Of a DNA stretch of 64,000 nt, positions 13,541 to 27,400 are shown one piece after another (positions within the stretch are counted from its first letter, which is position 1; every line of letters begins with the position of its first letter). The notes under the pieces are model-generated. The model had not been told where the DNA came from. It made no database searches and saw only the letters and a program-made list of their open reading frames with translations. The position numbers and the translations under genes are program-made. The stretch is from NCBI RefSeq assembly GCF_036365525.1, contig NC_090388.1, positions 22,072,587 to 22,136,586 of the forward strand. Direction: 5' to 3'. Origin of the DNA: Heterodontus francisci (Eukaryota).

Positions 13541-14549
13541 AATATAAAGTTTCAGATGAAAAGATATACCCTATTACAGACATTTTACAGTTTGAAGCAA
13601 GACAGGACTCTGCATCTGTTAAAGACCTTGCATCATAACAATACAGTTATCCTTTGATGTAGTTTCCAGGACATTCCAGTGAAAATAATTTACTGGAATT
13701 TTCAGTACTAATTTTAGCACAAGTCCACTTGTATTTCTTTAAAGATTAAAGCTAAGCCAATTCATGGAAAATTAGCTAATTAAATTGTTTCCTCAACTTA
13801 GAGTGCATGTGGCAACAAATAACTTCCATTCACATTTGGCACTGTAAATTTGGACTCTGTGCTGCCAATTATTTAATTTATTTAATTTAATATTCATTCC
13901 AATATTCATTAGATGGTGAATGTAGTATATGCCAAGCTGCACATGAAAGAAATAAAATTTGGTCAATCGACAAGGAGTGACAATTATCAAAAGCATGGCC
14001 TGGATTTTGCAGTCCGCTGTGAAGCAACAGCACTAGTCACTGACCTTGAAAAAAAATGCCCACAGAAATCTAGCAATCCTCCCCTTTCTAGACATCAGAC
14101 TGAATTTGGCACCAAGTTAAGGGGATTTCCAGGTGTCCAGTAACAGTGATGTCATCCAGCAGGATAAGCAATCAGTCTCATTGAAGAATTCTCACAGACA
14201 CCAGAAAGTAAAATGCACGAATTATCCTTTACTTCTTATAAACTTTACAGAGATCAAAATCAAGATTGGGGCTTACACATTAGAAGGTGAAATATCATAA
14301 ACTTTAAAATAATGGAATACCTTGACATTACACAGATATAAAATTTGGTTTTCAGGGCCAGAGAGATTGTTCAGAAGTAGTTATGACTTAGTATGCAGTT
14401 ATAAACCCAGTTACACCTCATTTACCAGGTGTGACTTTTTCAGGGGGATTTCAAATTTTTTTCTAAATTGCTTTTTCAGCATAAACTTAGCCTAAACAGT
14501 GATATAAAATAAACTGGACAGTATGCAGTACATAAAGAAAAAAAGTTAC

Positions 14550-14647
14550 CTCATCACCATGGATGTTGCCAATGTACTTCACATCTGGAATCCCTACAGT
14601 GTGGTGTTTTGGATATTTGCCAATTGCCAGAACCCAGAGATCACTAC
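14550..14647 (-). CDS. CPM: Carboxypeptidase M-like, second coding exon, containing the zinc-binding HxxE motif
   Basis: Not in the ORF track. Flanked by tttctattttAG and GAG|GTAACT. The 98 nt join in phase 1 to give (G)SDLWVLAIGKYPKHHTVGIPDVKYIGNIHGDE and end in phase 0. Confidence 0.93.
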
Positions 14648-15359
14648 CTAAAATAGAAACACACAAAGGAAGACCTTATTGACTCTAAAGTTTGACATGC
14701 AAATCTTTTTGTCATTAAAGACATATTCTTTAAAAGAAAAGCAAACTACAGAAATATTTCACTCCTTTATTGCCTTAAACTTTTTTTTCTTCTCACCCCT
14801 TCTCCCAATCAAGCATCTCAGGATTTTTTTATGTTAATTGTGCTTAAAACTGCAAGTTGTTGTTGTTGAAAGCCCATTAATAAATCAGATATATTTGTGT
14901 CGCAGTGAAGCATTATCTGGAATTTGCACTGAAGCAAAATATGCCCATTCCCAGAAAACTCAGCTCAATTTCTGCATTTGTTCAGAAATGTCTATTTTTG
15001 TAATATTCTGGAAGGGGAGGAAAGGGAAGAAAGCAGGTATTCAGCCTTTCAATTTGTTTTCTTCAAAACTCCAGGAACAAGTTTCTCTCTTCCCCACCTC
15101 CTTTAAAAGATGTTCACTCTTGTTATGCAGACACCAGTCACATCCAGTACCTCACCCAACTGACCAGTATTCTCAGGTGAGGAATTACCATGATTGCTAT
15201 TCGGCTATTCAACTGCACAGCATTATAGGTTATCCTGGTCTTCTTCTCACGTGGCATCTATCCATGTGCACTTCTAACAGTTATCTCTGGATACAATCAG
15301 AATACAAGCTCTGGCTGATTTTCCTCTCACGAACTAAAATCCATATTGATAAACACTGA

Positions 15360-15492
15360 CAAAAACAAAATGCCGTGAACGCTGAAAATCTGAAATGAAA
15401 ACAGAAAATGCTGGAAATATCCAGCAGGTTTGGCAGCATCTATGGAGGGAGAATCAAAGTTAATGTTTCAGGTCAATGACCTTTCATCAGAT
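15360..15492 (-). mobile_element. Penelope-like terminal fragment with hammerhead-like core
   Basis: Similar to 55610-55743; minus strand reads CTGATGA A AGGTCA T TGACCT GAAACATT. Confidence 0.75.
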
Positions 15493-15799
15493 GATAGGAC
15501 ATCTATCCCCATGGCATTCATCATGGCTGAATCTAGACAGATCCAGTCAATTCAATTGTGGGTAATATCATAGGCAAGCCTGATTCTGTCCTCACCTGAA
15601 CTTCCACCATTTCCCAGCAAAAATCACTGGAAGGCAATCAAGGGAGAGAGAATCAGTGCTCAAAGCCACCTACCAGTACCCTGGCTGAGAATAGGTAACT
15701 CAGTACAAATTAGGAATGAAACCATGGCCCTACTGCAACACAACATAAATAAGTCAGTCTGGAGGGCAGAGTAAATGTAGACCTGTTAAGGCACAATCA

Positions 15800-18606
15800 A
15801 ATAATGCAAGGCTGGATTGCATCTATTTTAATGCAAGGAGTCTTACTAGTAAAGCAGATGAATTGAGGGCGTTGATTAACACATGGAAATATGACATTAT
15901 TACTATCACTGAGACATGGTTGAGGGAAGGGCAGGACTGGCAGCTTAGGATCCCAGGGTATAGAATCTTCAGACGTGATAGGGGAGGGGGTAAAAGAGGA
16001 GGTGGCATTGTACTGTTGATTAAGGAGTCAATTACTGCAGTAAGGAGGGATGATAACTTAGAAGTTTCCTCTAATGAGGCCATATGGGTAGAACTTAAAA
16101 ACAAAAAGGGGGCCAATCACTTGGCTGCGAGTGTACTACAGGCCTCCAAACAGTCAGGGAGAGATAGAGGAGCAGCTATGTAGGCAAATCTCAGAGAGGT
16201 GCAAGAATAATAGGATAATAATAGTAGGGGATTTCAACTTCCCCTATATTAGAGGGGATAGTATTAGTGCAAAAAGCTTAAAGGGGGCAGAATTCTTCAA
16301 GTGCATTCAGGAGAGCTTTTTGAGTCAGTCCTACAAGAGGAGGAGCGGTGCTGGACTTAATCCTAGGGAATGAAGCTGGACAAGTGGTAGGAGTGGCAGT
16401 GGGGGAGCATTTCGGGGATAGTGACCATAACTCTAGGATTTTAGGTAGTTATGGAAAAGGACATAGAGGGACTGGAAATAAAAGTACTGAATTGGGTGAA
16501 GGCAGATTTCAATATGATAAAACAGGATCTGACCAAAGTGAACTGGGAGCAGCCTCTTATAGGAAAGTCTACATCAGACCAGTGGGAAACATTCAGAAAG
16601 AAAATAGTGAGTGTCAGGTCCAACATGTTTCCGTAAAGGTGAAGTGTAGGAACAACAAGTCAAGGGAACCCTGGATGTCAAGGGATATAGAGAATTGGAT
16701 AAGGGAAAAAAGGAGGCTTATGGCAGTTCCAGAGCACTGAAAACAGCAGAGGACCTAGAGGACTATAGCAAGTGCAGGGGGGTACTTAAAAAAGTAATTA
16801 GGAGAGCGAAGAGGGGGCATGAAAAAACACTGGCAGACAAGATAAAGGAAAATCCCAAGGCATTTTATAAGTATATTAAGGGCAAGAGGATAACCAGGGA
16901 AAAAGTGGGGCCCAATAGGGATCAAAGAGGCAATCTGTGTGTGGAGCCGGGGGACATAGGTGAGGTTTTGAATGATTACTTTTCATCTGTGTTCACTATG
17001 GAGAGGGATGATGTAGGTGTAGTGATCAGGGAGGGGAGAATGTGATATACCTGCTCAAATTAGCATTGAAAAGGCGGGCTTAAAGGTGGATAAATCCTCA
17101 GGCCCAGATGAAATGTATCCCAGGCTGTTATGTGAGGCAAGGAAGGAGATAGCAGGGGCTCTGACACAAATTTTCAAATCCTCTCTGGCCACAGGAGAAG
17201 TACCAGAAGACTGGAGGACAGTGAATGTGGTACCATTATTTAAGAAGGGTAGCAGGGATAAACCAGGTAATTATAGGCCTGTGAGTCTAACATCAGTGGT
17301 AGGGAAATTATTGGAAAAAATTCTGAGAGACACGATTAATCTCCACTTGGAGAGGCTGGGATTAATCAGGGATAGTCAGCATGGCTTTGTCAGCGGGAGA
17401 GTGTGTCTAACAAATTTGATTGAATTTTTCGAAGAGGTGACTAGATGTGTAGATGAGGGTTGATAAGGTCCCGCATGGGAAATTGGTTAAGAAGGTAAGA
17501 GCCCATGGGTAATTTGGCAAATTGGATCCAAAATTGGCTTAGTGGAAGGAGACAGAGGGTGATGGTCAAGGGTTGTTTTTGCAAGTGGAAACCTGTGACC
17601 AGTGGTATACCGCAGGGATCCATGCTGGGACCCTTACTGTTTGTAGTGTACATTAATGATTTAGACATGAATATAGGAGGTATGATCAGTAAGTTCGCAA
17701 ATGAGACAAAAATTGGTGGTGTCGTGAATAGTGAGGAGGATGATATAGATGGGCTGGTAAGATAGGCAGAGCAGTGGCAGATGGAGTTTAATCCTGAGAA
17801 ATGTGAGATGATGCACTTTGGGAGGACTAACAAGGCAAGGGAATATACAATGAATGAATGGTAGGACCCTCGGGAGTACAGAGGATCAGAGGGACCTTGG
17901 GGTGCTTGTCCATAGATCACTGAAGGCAGCAGAACAGGTAGATAAATGTGGTTAGGAAGGCATACGGGATACTTGCCTTTATTAGCTGAGGCATAGAATA
18001 TAAGAGCAGGGAGGTTATGTTAGAGCTGTATAAAACACTGGTTAGGCCACAGCTGGAGTACTGTGTACAGTTCTGGTCTCCGCACTATAGGAAGGATGTA
18101 ATTGCATTGGAGAGGGTGCAGAGGAGATTCACCAAGTTGTTGCCTGGGCTGGAGCATTTCAGTTATGAAGAGAGACTTAGATAGGCTGGGGTTGTTTTCC
18201 TTGGAGCGGAGAAGGCTGAGGGGGGACCTGATTGAGGTATACAAAATTATGAAGGGCATTGATAGGATATATAGGAAGAAACTTTTTCCCTTAGCGGAGG
18301 GGTCAATAATCAGGGGGCATAGATTTAAGGTAAGGGGCAGAAGGTTTAGAGGGGAGTGAGGAAAAAAATTCTGACCCAGAGGGTGGTTGGAATCTGGAAC
18401 ACACTGCCTGAAGGGGTGGTAGAGGTAGGAACCCTCACAACATTTAAGAAGTATTTAGAGGAGCACTTGAAACGCCATAGCATACAAGGCTATGGGCCAA
18501 GTGCGGGAAAATAGGATTAGATTGGACGGGTGCTTGGTGGTCGGTGCAGGCGAGTTGGGCCGAAGGGCCTTTTTCTGTGCTGTAAAACTCTATGACTCTA
18601 TGACTA
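15800..18606 (+). mobile_element. CR1 LINE, nearly complete but disrupted ORF2 (APE endonuclease + RT)
   Basis: Motifs [49 protein letters not shown]; tail (CTATGACT)n. Confidence 0.95.
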
Positions 18607-18948
18607 TAAAGCAGAAATTAAACTCTGAAAAGAGCAAATAAATGACGCCTTGCAGAAACTTTCTACTGACTTTTGGAAGTAGGAAGCCATGTACAAAAGC
18701 TGCTAGCTACCATTAAAAAAACTGGAACACAGCACAGAATTAAGCAAAGCTTCCTTTTCCAGAAATTCAATCTCATCTGCTGTTACTAATCAGTCAGTAG
18801 TGCAGATAAATTGCTCTTTCGTCACATTTGTCCAAGTTATTGAAACAAGATTCCGTACTAATTTCAAGAATAAGAATCAATTTGCTTTTGATTATTTTAA
18901 ATGCTCCTTAATAATTTGTAGATTGGCCAAATAGAATGCAAGGTTACT

Positions 18949-19279
18949 TTTATTTATTTAGAGATACAGCACTGAAACAGGCCCTTCGGCCCACCGAGTC
19001 TGTGCCGACCATCAACCACCCATTTTATACTAATCCTACATTAATCCCATATTCCCTACCACATCCCCACCTTCCCCTACCACCTACTTATACTCGGGGC
19101 AATTTCTAATGGCCAATTTACATATCAACCTACAAATCTTTGGCTGTGGGAGGAAACTGGAGCACCCGGCCAAAACCCACACGGTCACAGGGAGAACTTG
19201 CAAACTCCGCACAGGCAGTACCCAGAATCGAACCCAGGTCACTGGAGCTTGATGCTGCGGTGCTAACCACTGTGCCACC
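18949..19279 (-). mobile_element. HE1-type V-SINE, full length
   Basis: tRNA-like head (A box TGGCACAGTGG, B box GGTTCGATTC), V-domain core and LINE-derived tail. Confidence 0.9.
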
Positions 19280-19550
19280 TGCCACTGATTGCAGATGGGT
19301 AGATGGTTCAGTAAAATATTTGTTTAGAACCAGAACAATTGGATCTCAGCAGGAAAATTTACCATAAAGGGAAAAATGATCATGGCACCATTGTTTCCAA
19401 AAATGTATATGTATGAAGCGTTTCCAAAATAATGAACTACAATGAAATCACAACATTGCTAAAAAGATTTATAACTTTAAATAAAGATAGAAAATGCCGG
19501 AAATACACAACAGGTCCAGCAGCATCTGTGGAGAAAGAGACAGAGTTAAT

Positions 19551-20345
19551 GGACTGACTTTTACCAGCCCCTCAGCACTGTGAGTCGTGGTGGGGAAGCC
19601 GGTAAAATTCCGCGGGGAGAGGCCTGCCTCGACTGCCAATGTTGAGAAGAGCCCGCCACAGATTACCGGGGCCGGGCGGACTTCGGTGTGGCCCACCCCC
19701 CACCCCCCCACAACCGCCAAGTGGCGGGGCCTTCATCTACATATTTAAATTAACAAAAATTAGATGCAAATGAACTTACCTGCTGGTGGCAGCTGTCCCA
19801 CGCTGATTTTACGACCACTGAATGCAACTCGCGCTCCTTCAGAACCCCATACGGAGTTCCGAGGCGAGGCACTGGTGTGGAGAGGGGAGGAATTAAATTA
19901 TCAGGGCGGGAGGGGTGGGGAAGCGGGGAAAACATTTTTTTTTTGGCTGTGAGAATGGTGGGAAGGAGCTGAAGGGCAAATGTTAGAAGGTTGGGTGGGG
20001 GGTCGTGGAGCGGGGGGAAGTTTGGATTGGAAATAAAATGCATTCTGTGAATATAGGGCAATAGAAAGACCATTGTGGGGGTTGGGAAAGGGCCGCCATC
20101 TCCTAATTATTAAAAACAAATTAAGTATAATACATCTTCAAAAATTTAAATATTTGCTAAGGGCATGAAACCCTTTAAAAATAGAAGCGGCGCCTGTGCC
20201 GTCATTTACGTCTACGTCATCGGGAAAGGCCGCTCCACCTCCTGCATTTAAATCAGCCGCCGCGTGTAATATCACAGGGGCTGTGTGGCAGCACTTCCAT
20301 GTCGGAAGGCCACTGCTTTCACAGTGTGCCAATAAAATTCAGCCC
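19551..20345. mobile_element. Harbinger-type MITE inserted in a Penelope terminal fragment
   Basis: TIRs GGACTGACTTTTA ... TAAAATTCAGCCC; flanks AAT/ACT; host reads cagagttaat|gtttcagg when rejoined. Confidence 0.75.
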
Positions 20346-21129
20346 ACTGTTTCAGGTTGATAACCTATCAGAACAGTTCCCTCATACAGATGTTGCCTGA
20401 TCTGCTGAGTACTTCCAGCATTTACTATTTTTATTTCAGATATCCAGCATCCACAGTATTTTGCTTTTCTAACTGTAAACTTTCCTTCAGGTGCTTCTAA
20501 TAATTGAATGAGGGCAGCATGTCAGATAACCAATATGTTTTATTTCTACTTGTGGGTTAATATTAATAAGGGCACAAGTTTTGTGGCAATGCACAGACAT
20601 GGATTTAACAGGAGTGCTCACTAGTTTATGATTGGGGAGCCACAGGGTTCACTCTCTGGCCAACCAGCAACAACAACTTGCACTTATCCACCTCCAAAAA
20701 CATGGGAAGTACTTCAGAGGCGAATTCAGACAAAAACCGACACCAAGCCAAAATGAGATATTAGAAAGGGTAATGAAAAGCTTAGTCAAAGCGGTGGGTT
20801 CTAAGGAGGAAAACAATGAACCCTGTTGCACCACTTTTCTGTAAATACCACATAGCAAAACTAGTGACTTTGGAAAATATATGCATATTTTCTCAAACAG
20901 AATAACGTATGAATTTTTTAAAAACTTAACCTACAGCAGTTGTCATCTGATGTGCTAATTTGCACTGATAGGAAACAATGCAATACAAGAGTCAAGTTTA
21001 AAGAGGATCAGGATATACAAAATATATTTAATGCTTTCTTCAGCTTTCACAAAATGATGACTAAACAAATTCTGGTAAATGGAGATAAGTGGTCCGTAAC
21101 ATATGGAGCTAATTAAAAATATATTCTGG

Positions 21130-21825
21130 AAAAACTGGAAGCAATAAATATCCCCGAGGCTCTTGGACCAAATGGCGTACGTTTGTACCCTGGAATCCTT
21201 TAGATACTCATTGAAGAAGATAATGATGCTTTAATAGTCTTCAGAGTTTCATAAATGCTGAACTAATGCCCAAGGACTGGAGGATAGCAGAAAGGTAATT
21301 TCAATTTTTTCCTCAAGTAAATTCACCTAATAATGACAGCCACAATTGTTTGCAGTCATTCTGCAGGTTACTAGAAAAGGAATATCTAAAGAGAATAAGA
21401 GCAGTCTTCTCTGACAAGGTAAATAAGCTAGCTGATTCAGGAGATGTAGTTTACTTAGATTTATGTTGCGAGTAGGAAAGTTAATCATGGAATAAATGAC
21501 AAACTGATTAGATGGATTGAGAATTGAGCAGAAGGCAGAAGGTGGAGATAAATGGCAAAAAAGCTAGGAAAAAGTGATCAGTAAGAACTTCCACTGGGAT
21601 CTGACCAAACATCCCTGTTATTCATTACGTTTGTGGGTAATAGAAACTAGTGTCTTTGGAGTTGCTGATGGCATTAAGTCACGGAAATCATTTACAGCTT
21701 GGACATACTCGAACAAGGCGAAGTCGACCACAAAGCTATGTGGGAATAACAAGAGGAAAGAACATTGATTATTTTGAGACTTTAGGAACAATTGTGTAGA
21801 TGGGCTGAATATGGCAAATGGTTTT
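21130..21825 (+). mobile_element. Highly degraded CR1 RT fragments
   Basis: Remnants of PxDWRIA, VYLDF and WAExWQMxFN coding sequence. Confidence 0.55.
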
Positions 21826-22158
21826 TAATTTATTTAGTTTTATTTAGAGATACAGCACTGAAACAGGCCCTTCAGCCCACCGAGTCTGTGCCGACCATCA
21901 ACCACCCATTTATACTAATCCTACACTAATTCCATATTCCTACCACATCCCCACCTGTCCCTATATTTCCCTACCACCTAGGGGCAATTTATAATGGCCA
22001 ATTTACCTATCAACCTGCAAGTCTTTGGCATGTGGGAGGAAACCGGAGCACCCGGAGGAAACCCACGCAGACACAGGGAGAACTTGCAAACTCCACACAG
22101 GCAGTACCCAGAATTGAACCCGGGTTGCTGGAGCTGTGAGGCTGCGGTGCTAACCACA
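21826..22158 (-). mobile_element. HE1-type V-SINE
   Basis: Near-identical to the reverse complement of 42648-42988. Confidence 0.9.
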
Positions 22159-22899
22159 ACTTCTGTAACTTCAGCAGAAATTCTGGATAGAGTACATAAA
22201 GAGGGTTTCCGCCAATCTTCTGCCAAGATTCCAGCAGCCAATTGAGAGAACTGCCCCCATTCCTGACTCCACTAACCAAATTCCTGGCACTGGATTATAA
22301 CAATGAACAATTGTAACTAACTACATATAGTTAGTTACCTTTGTTGCATTTAATTAGAGATAACACATTGATCTTCCCCAATGGTTCACTGTGTTTATCC
22401 AATGAGCAGCTGAGCCATTTGACCAATAAATGCTGAGAATCATTATCTGACATGTTGGATTCACTGACCTCAGTCAGCACAGTGGTGAGGATGTTTTAAT
22501 TAGTCTCAAAGACTCTAGGTTAGAGTTGGTAAGAAGGAAAAAAAAAATGGAGGTTTCAAACCAAGGACTGGATTTTATTATCCACAGTGGCGTGTGCGCA
22601 AAATGGTGGCGGTCCTGCCTATGATGTCTGTAGCCATGCCGCCGCAATCATGCGGCAGGCAGCCATTTGGCAGAATGACAGCAGCCATTCCCCCCCCACC
22701 CCCCAATCACGTGGCGGGGGCGGCATTGGCAATGCCATTAATGGCGTCACCTGATGTTGGATCAGGTGCTGGAGCCATCTTTAAAAGGCTGGCAGCCCTG
22801 CATTTACTCTCCTTGCATTGAATAGCAGCTTACTGCAGCATCACTTCAGTGGTTTGCCATAATTTTGCAACTCAGAAAGCATCCCCCCAGGCATCATTC

Positions 22900-24250
22900 T
22901 TACCATGTTAGATGTCAGAGCCCTCCCTGCTGATTCTCCTCCAGGCTGCAAGGGAAAGGCAGCAGGTCCTTTTCTCCGCTGATGGCAAGAAGAGATCCTC
23001 CTATCTGACCAAGCAAGCCTAGACGGAGATCGCAGCGGAGGTTAGTAGCCATGGGGTCACCCGTCGTAACTGGGTGCAGTACAGGAAGAGGGTCAAGGAC
23101 CTCCGCTCAGCCAAGGTAAGTTGCATGGTTCCACATAACTTGCTGCAATCTGCTTGCCCACAAGCGTAAAGACGCATGGTTGACACAGCCATTCCAACCA
23201 TAGGAAGGTCATACCATAATGATAGCAGATTACTGACTGCATAAGTGAGACCAGTCTCTCTTGTTTCTATCTTAGCCCAATTGAGACGCATGACAAATGT
23301 CTGTATGAGAGCAGCGACATCCCCTGGTGCAGAAGAGGGGCCCATGTTAGCTTTGATGTGATGTAGAGACGTTTGGGACTTAATAACTGCATCCTTGATC
23401 TTTCAGAGAAGAGGGCCCAAACCAGCAGGGAGGCAGCCAGGACCGGTGGCAGGGTGCCCAACTAGTGACCTCCGTCTCAGGCCGAAGAACAGGCACTCGA
23501 GTTAGCTGGGAAACAAGGAGGACGTGCCATATCGGACGTCGAGCTCGGGTTCCCAGTTAAAGAAATTGATTATTGGCAAACACAGAATGAATCGAAATTA
23601 CATTTTATAGAGAAACATAATGCTGTCATTGCAACATATGTACCAAAACACCTAAATGTCTTCTTTACATTGAATCGTGCAGGGTGGCACTCGCAAATGC
23701 TTAGAGATAATGAGGAAGCAACGACAACCTCTGAGGATGAGCAACACTTAGAGGATGCACTGTTCCATGACTCTCCTGCACCTTCCACCAGTGCAGATAC
23801 TCTCACCTCGGTGGGTATCCAATCGGCATAAAATTTGGAGTCACAAGCTAGTGAGAGCACCACACATGCGCCCAAGCAGCTGAGGTTGAGACAGCCAAGG
23901 CCTCTGACAGTCGGAGGACTGAGGACTGTGGGTGTCCAGGCCCATGCTGAGCCCCAGGCTGACCATGAGCCTCTGGTGTCAATGGCACAGGGCATGCTGG
24001 AGTTGCAAGGAGAGGTAAGGCAACATCTGGCAAAAATGCCAGAAGCCATGTGCAGCCATAAGTGGACGATGAAGGAGTCCATCCATGCCATGACTGCTGC
24101 CATGTCTCAGGCATGTCAGCGCATGGCTTCACCCATCGAAAGGTTGGCAACCCTCATGGAGAGCCACATTCCACAGATGTGCAATGACCTGCAAACCCTC
24201 ACCTTGGTCATGACTTCAAATCAGCAGTGGCAGGGCAAGAGAAGGACCAG
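22900..24250 (+). pseudogene. Harbinger Myb/SANT-like DNA-binding protein remnant (spliced)
   Basis: ARERQQVLF..TEIAAEVSSHGVTRRNWVQYRKRVKDL; donor AAG|GTAAGT at 23116; next exon about EKRAQTSREAARTGGR after ttttcAG at 23406. Confidence 0.8.
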
Positions 24251-24274
24251 GAGCCTGGGGAGTATTCAGCTCCT

Positions 24275-24400
24275 TTTATTCCCAAAAATATACTTTATTC
24301 ATAAATATCTGTAAAAAATACATGACAAAATAGTTCAAAACAGTTCCAAATTGACATTCCAGAAAATGCCAAAGAAATCAGTTTTCTTCAATACAGAACG
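24275..24400 (-). mobile_element. Tx1/L1-like LINE 3' tail
   Basis: Reverse complement of 46040-46163 (TTTATGAATAAAGTATATTTTTG). Confidence 0.8.
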
Positions 24401-27400
24401 TGAGTGTGCGCTGCTTGTCACATCTGGCCTCAATCACGGCTCTCGGATTTTCCATGCATGTTTGGCCTTGAAAGCACTCCCCCAACCCCTCTGTACAGCA
24501 GACTACAATGATGCGTGCAACACAGTCTGGTGCATACTGAAGGGCTCCACCAGACTTATCAAGGCAGCGAAATCGCATCTTCAGCATATCAAGGCCTGCT
24601 CGATGGTCACCCGGGTGGGGCCGTGGCAGGCATTGTAATGTTCTTCAGCATCATTCCTGGGGTTCCTTAATGGCGTCAAATGTCATCAAGGGGTAGCCCT
24701 CATCCCCATGAATTCCCGCTGAAGGTGAGCGGGGGAGTGAAAAGTAGTGGCACCTGAGACTGGGGAAGTATGTATGAGTCATGACCAGGGATAGGCACAG
24801 ACTTGTTGCACCATGGACATTTGACAAAATTATTGACTCAGCCAAGGACACGGGGCAATTAATCTGTATATAGCGTGTATAGCCAATCTAATACCATCAA
24901 AACACAATCCGATTTAAAACACATTTCTCCCTATAAATAAAGTAGTGAAGCATACAAACATCAATGGAGAGCAGCACAACTGTATTAGCTAACTAGCAAG
25001 CAAAATAGTATGTAATGCCAATGCGAATTACTTTTGTTGACAGAATAGAGTACGTCACCATGTCATGGGGTGGTCGATGGACCTTATCGGATGACCTCTG
25101 AATGCATGCTGTGTCAGGACTGCAAATTCAATCACTAAACCATAAAACTCAAGGAGAGGATTGTTATTCTGGTTATTGAGGTGAGGCAGTAGAAAGAAAA
25201 CTCAGCAATAGGAAGACAGATCATTTCTCACATTGCTATTGTCACAAGACAATTTAACCAGAGATGGTCAATGATTGTGCACCTTCTCCACCTGCTTGTA
25301 ATATCTGTCTGAAGACAGGGCAGCAATACAAGGGCAGTGATCTCCAAATCAGAAACATTTTATAGGATGAAACAAATCGTACTTCAGAAGAGTCACGGAA
25401 AACAGGAAAGCAGAGTGGGACAGGAAGAAACAGAGAGATTAATAGTAGGTAGCCAAGACTAGTTCATTCATCTTGACAGGCTATTAAACCAGGTGCTGGA
25501 TTCTAAAATACAGAAACAACAGCATCTCTCGTGGACAAAATGTCATTTATACTCACCAAAGCAAGTGACAAAATTAGATAAACACAATTACAAATAAAGA
25601 GCGCACTTCAGTTCCTCCAATAAAGCAATTCTCTTAAATTCACTTATGTCTATATCTCAGTCTATCATTGTCGATTCTGATTCAGCTCTGACAAGATGAT
25701 TATTAACAAAAAAGATTTTCTGCAAAAAGATGAGCAGTTGTTACTGCATGTATTATTTAGTTATAAAATGCTTAGTCAGTATCTGCAAGATTGTGCTCTA
25801 GACTAACCAATTTATGTCCAAGTCAAATCTCTCACTTGTTAGCAAGGATTCACTTATAACGTTATGTAATTATATGATCCAGATAACATTCAAATTCCAT
25901 TGGCCACTCAGGTTATCTGCCCTCAAACTGGATAGTAAATGATACACATTACAGTTATTGATCTTTAACATACTTGTAAAACTTGTCCTTTAATCCAATT
26001 CGCACAGTCATTGAAACATAATACATTTTTACTATATCTTCTGACAGTTTTTAAAAGTGCAAATGCAGCATGGATTTTATTAAGGAATTGTAGACAGTTC
26101 ATTATAGATTACTGTTTATTAAAACTATCCGTTACACTGTATTTACTAACTATTGTATATGGATCAGCAGCATCCCCCTTTTGCCAATATCACTCAGCCC
26201 CATTACACCGTACTCTTGTATTCATGAGGAACTTGCAGTGCTGACTTCTGGAAATTCCTTGAATTTTCTTCTCTATTTTCAGCTTAATACAAGTTCTGGA
26301 ACAACATGATTCCAAATGGATAACAGAGGAATGTGACATTTATATTGAAGTAAAAGTCCAGCAACTTTCAACATGTCACTGAGCTTGTGTCCCAAGTGAA
26401 ATTAAATGTGCCAGAGTGCAGAAATCGAGACATTCTCTATGTGACATTTGCCATTTTAAAATGAGTTTACAAGCCTTTAAATTGGTGTTTTAAAATAACT
26501 TAGCTGCTAGGGAGTCGGGGACATAGGCAGAGAGAGAGGGGGCCTCAGAGAGACAGAGGAGAAAGAGAAAGAGAGAGAGACACACACACACACAGAGGGG
26601 GGAGAGAGAGAGCGACGGGGGCGGGGAGAGAGAGGGGTGAGAGAGAGAGAGAGAGAGAGGAGTGTCCAACCTTTTCACGTGGGTGGGGGCAGGGTGCACA
26701 TTACAATTTTTGTCTTACATAGGGGGCCGCTGGGACAATTACGGAAAGATAAAGGCATTAAAATTTATCTTACTATTAATCAAAACAATTCAACAAATGT
26801 GCATTTTGTGAAGCTTTAAATAAGACGACTAATTTATTGACTTACTTTCTCGTCACTATGTTGGATACTGATTTAGTGAGATACCTAGCATTTTTTTTTG
26901 CTTGCACAAGTAGTCAATGTCTGCCCACATACTTGTAGCAATGCAGAGTATTCTGGATAGATGTTCATCTGTCAGGAGTGATCTTGATCACTCTCTCTCC
27001 CTTCACTCTCTCTGTCTGTCTCTTTCTCTGTCTCTCTCTCTCCCCCTCCCTCTCTGTGTCCCCCACTTCATGTTGTCCCCCCCTCTGTGTCATTCCCTCC
27101 CTTCTCTGTATCATGTCATCCTCCTCTGTATCATTTCCCCTGCCTGTGTCATCCCCCTGTGTCATTGCCGCTCTGTGTCCCACTCTCTCTATCTCTCTCT
27201 GCCCCCTCATTTTCTCTCTCTGCCCAACCCCCCCACCCCATCTCTCTCTCACACCTCTCTCTTTCCCTACCCCCCACCCCCACCCCGACTGTTGCTGAGA
27301 GCAGGAATGGCAGTTTCTGAACTTCAAACAGCTTCAGGGTTTCCCGGCATACTTTAAAAAGAAAATTGTGACCTGCTGGAAAACCCCAAAGCTGTCTGAA

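Noticed and set aside
14838-15359. 173-aa ORF antisense to the CPM intron
   Set aside because: TTG start, no recognisable domain and no splice support.
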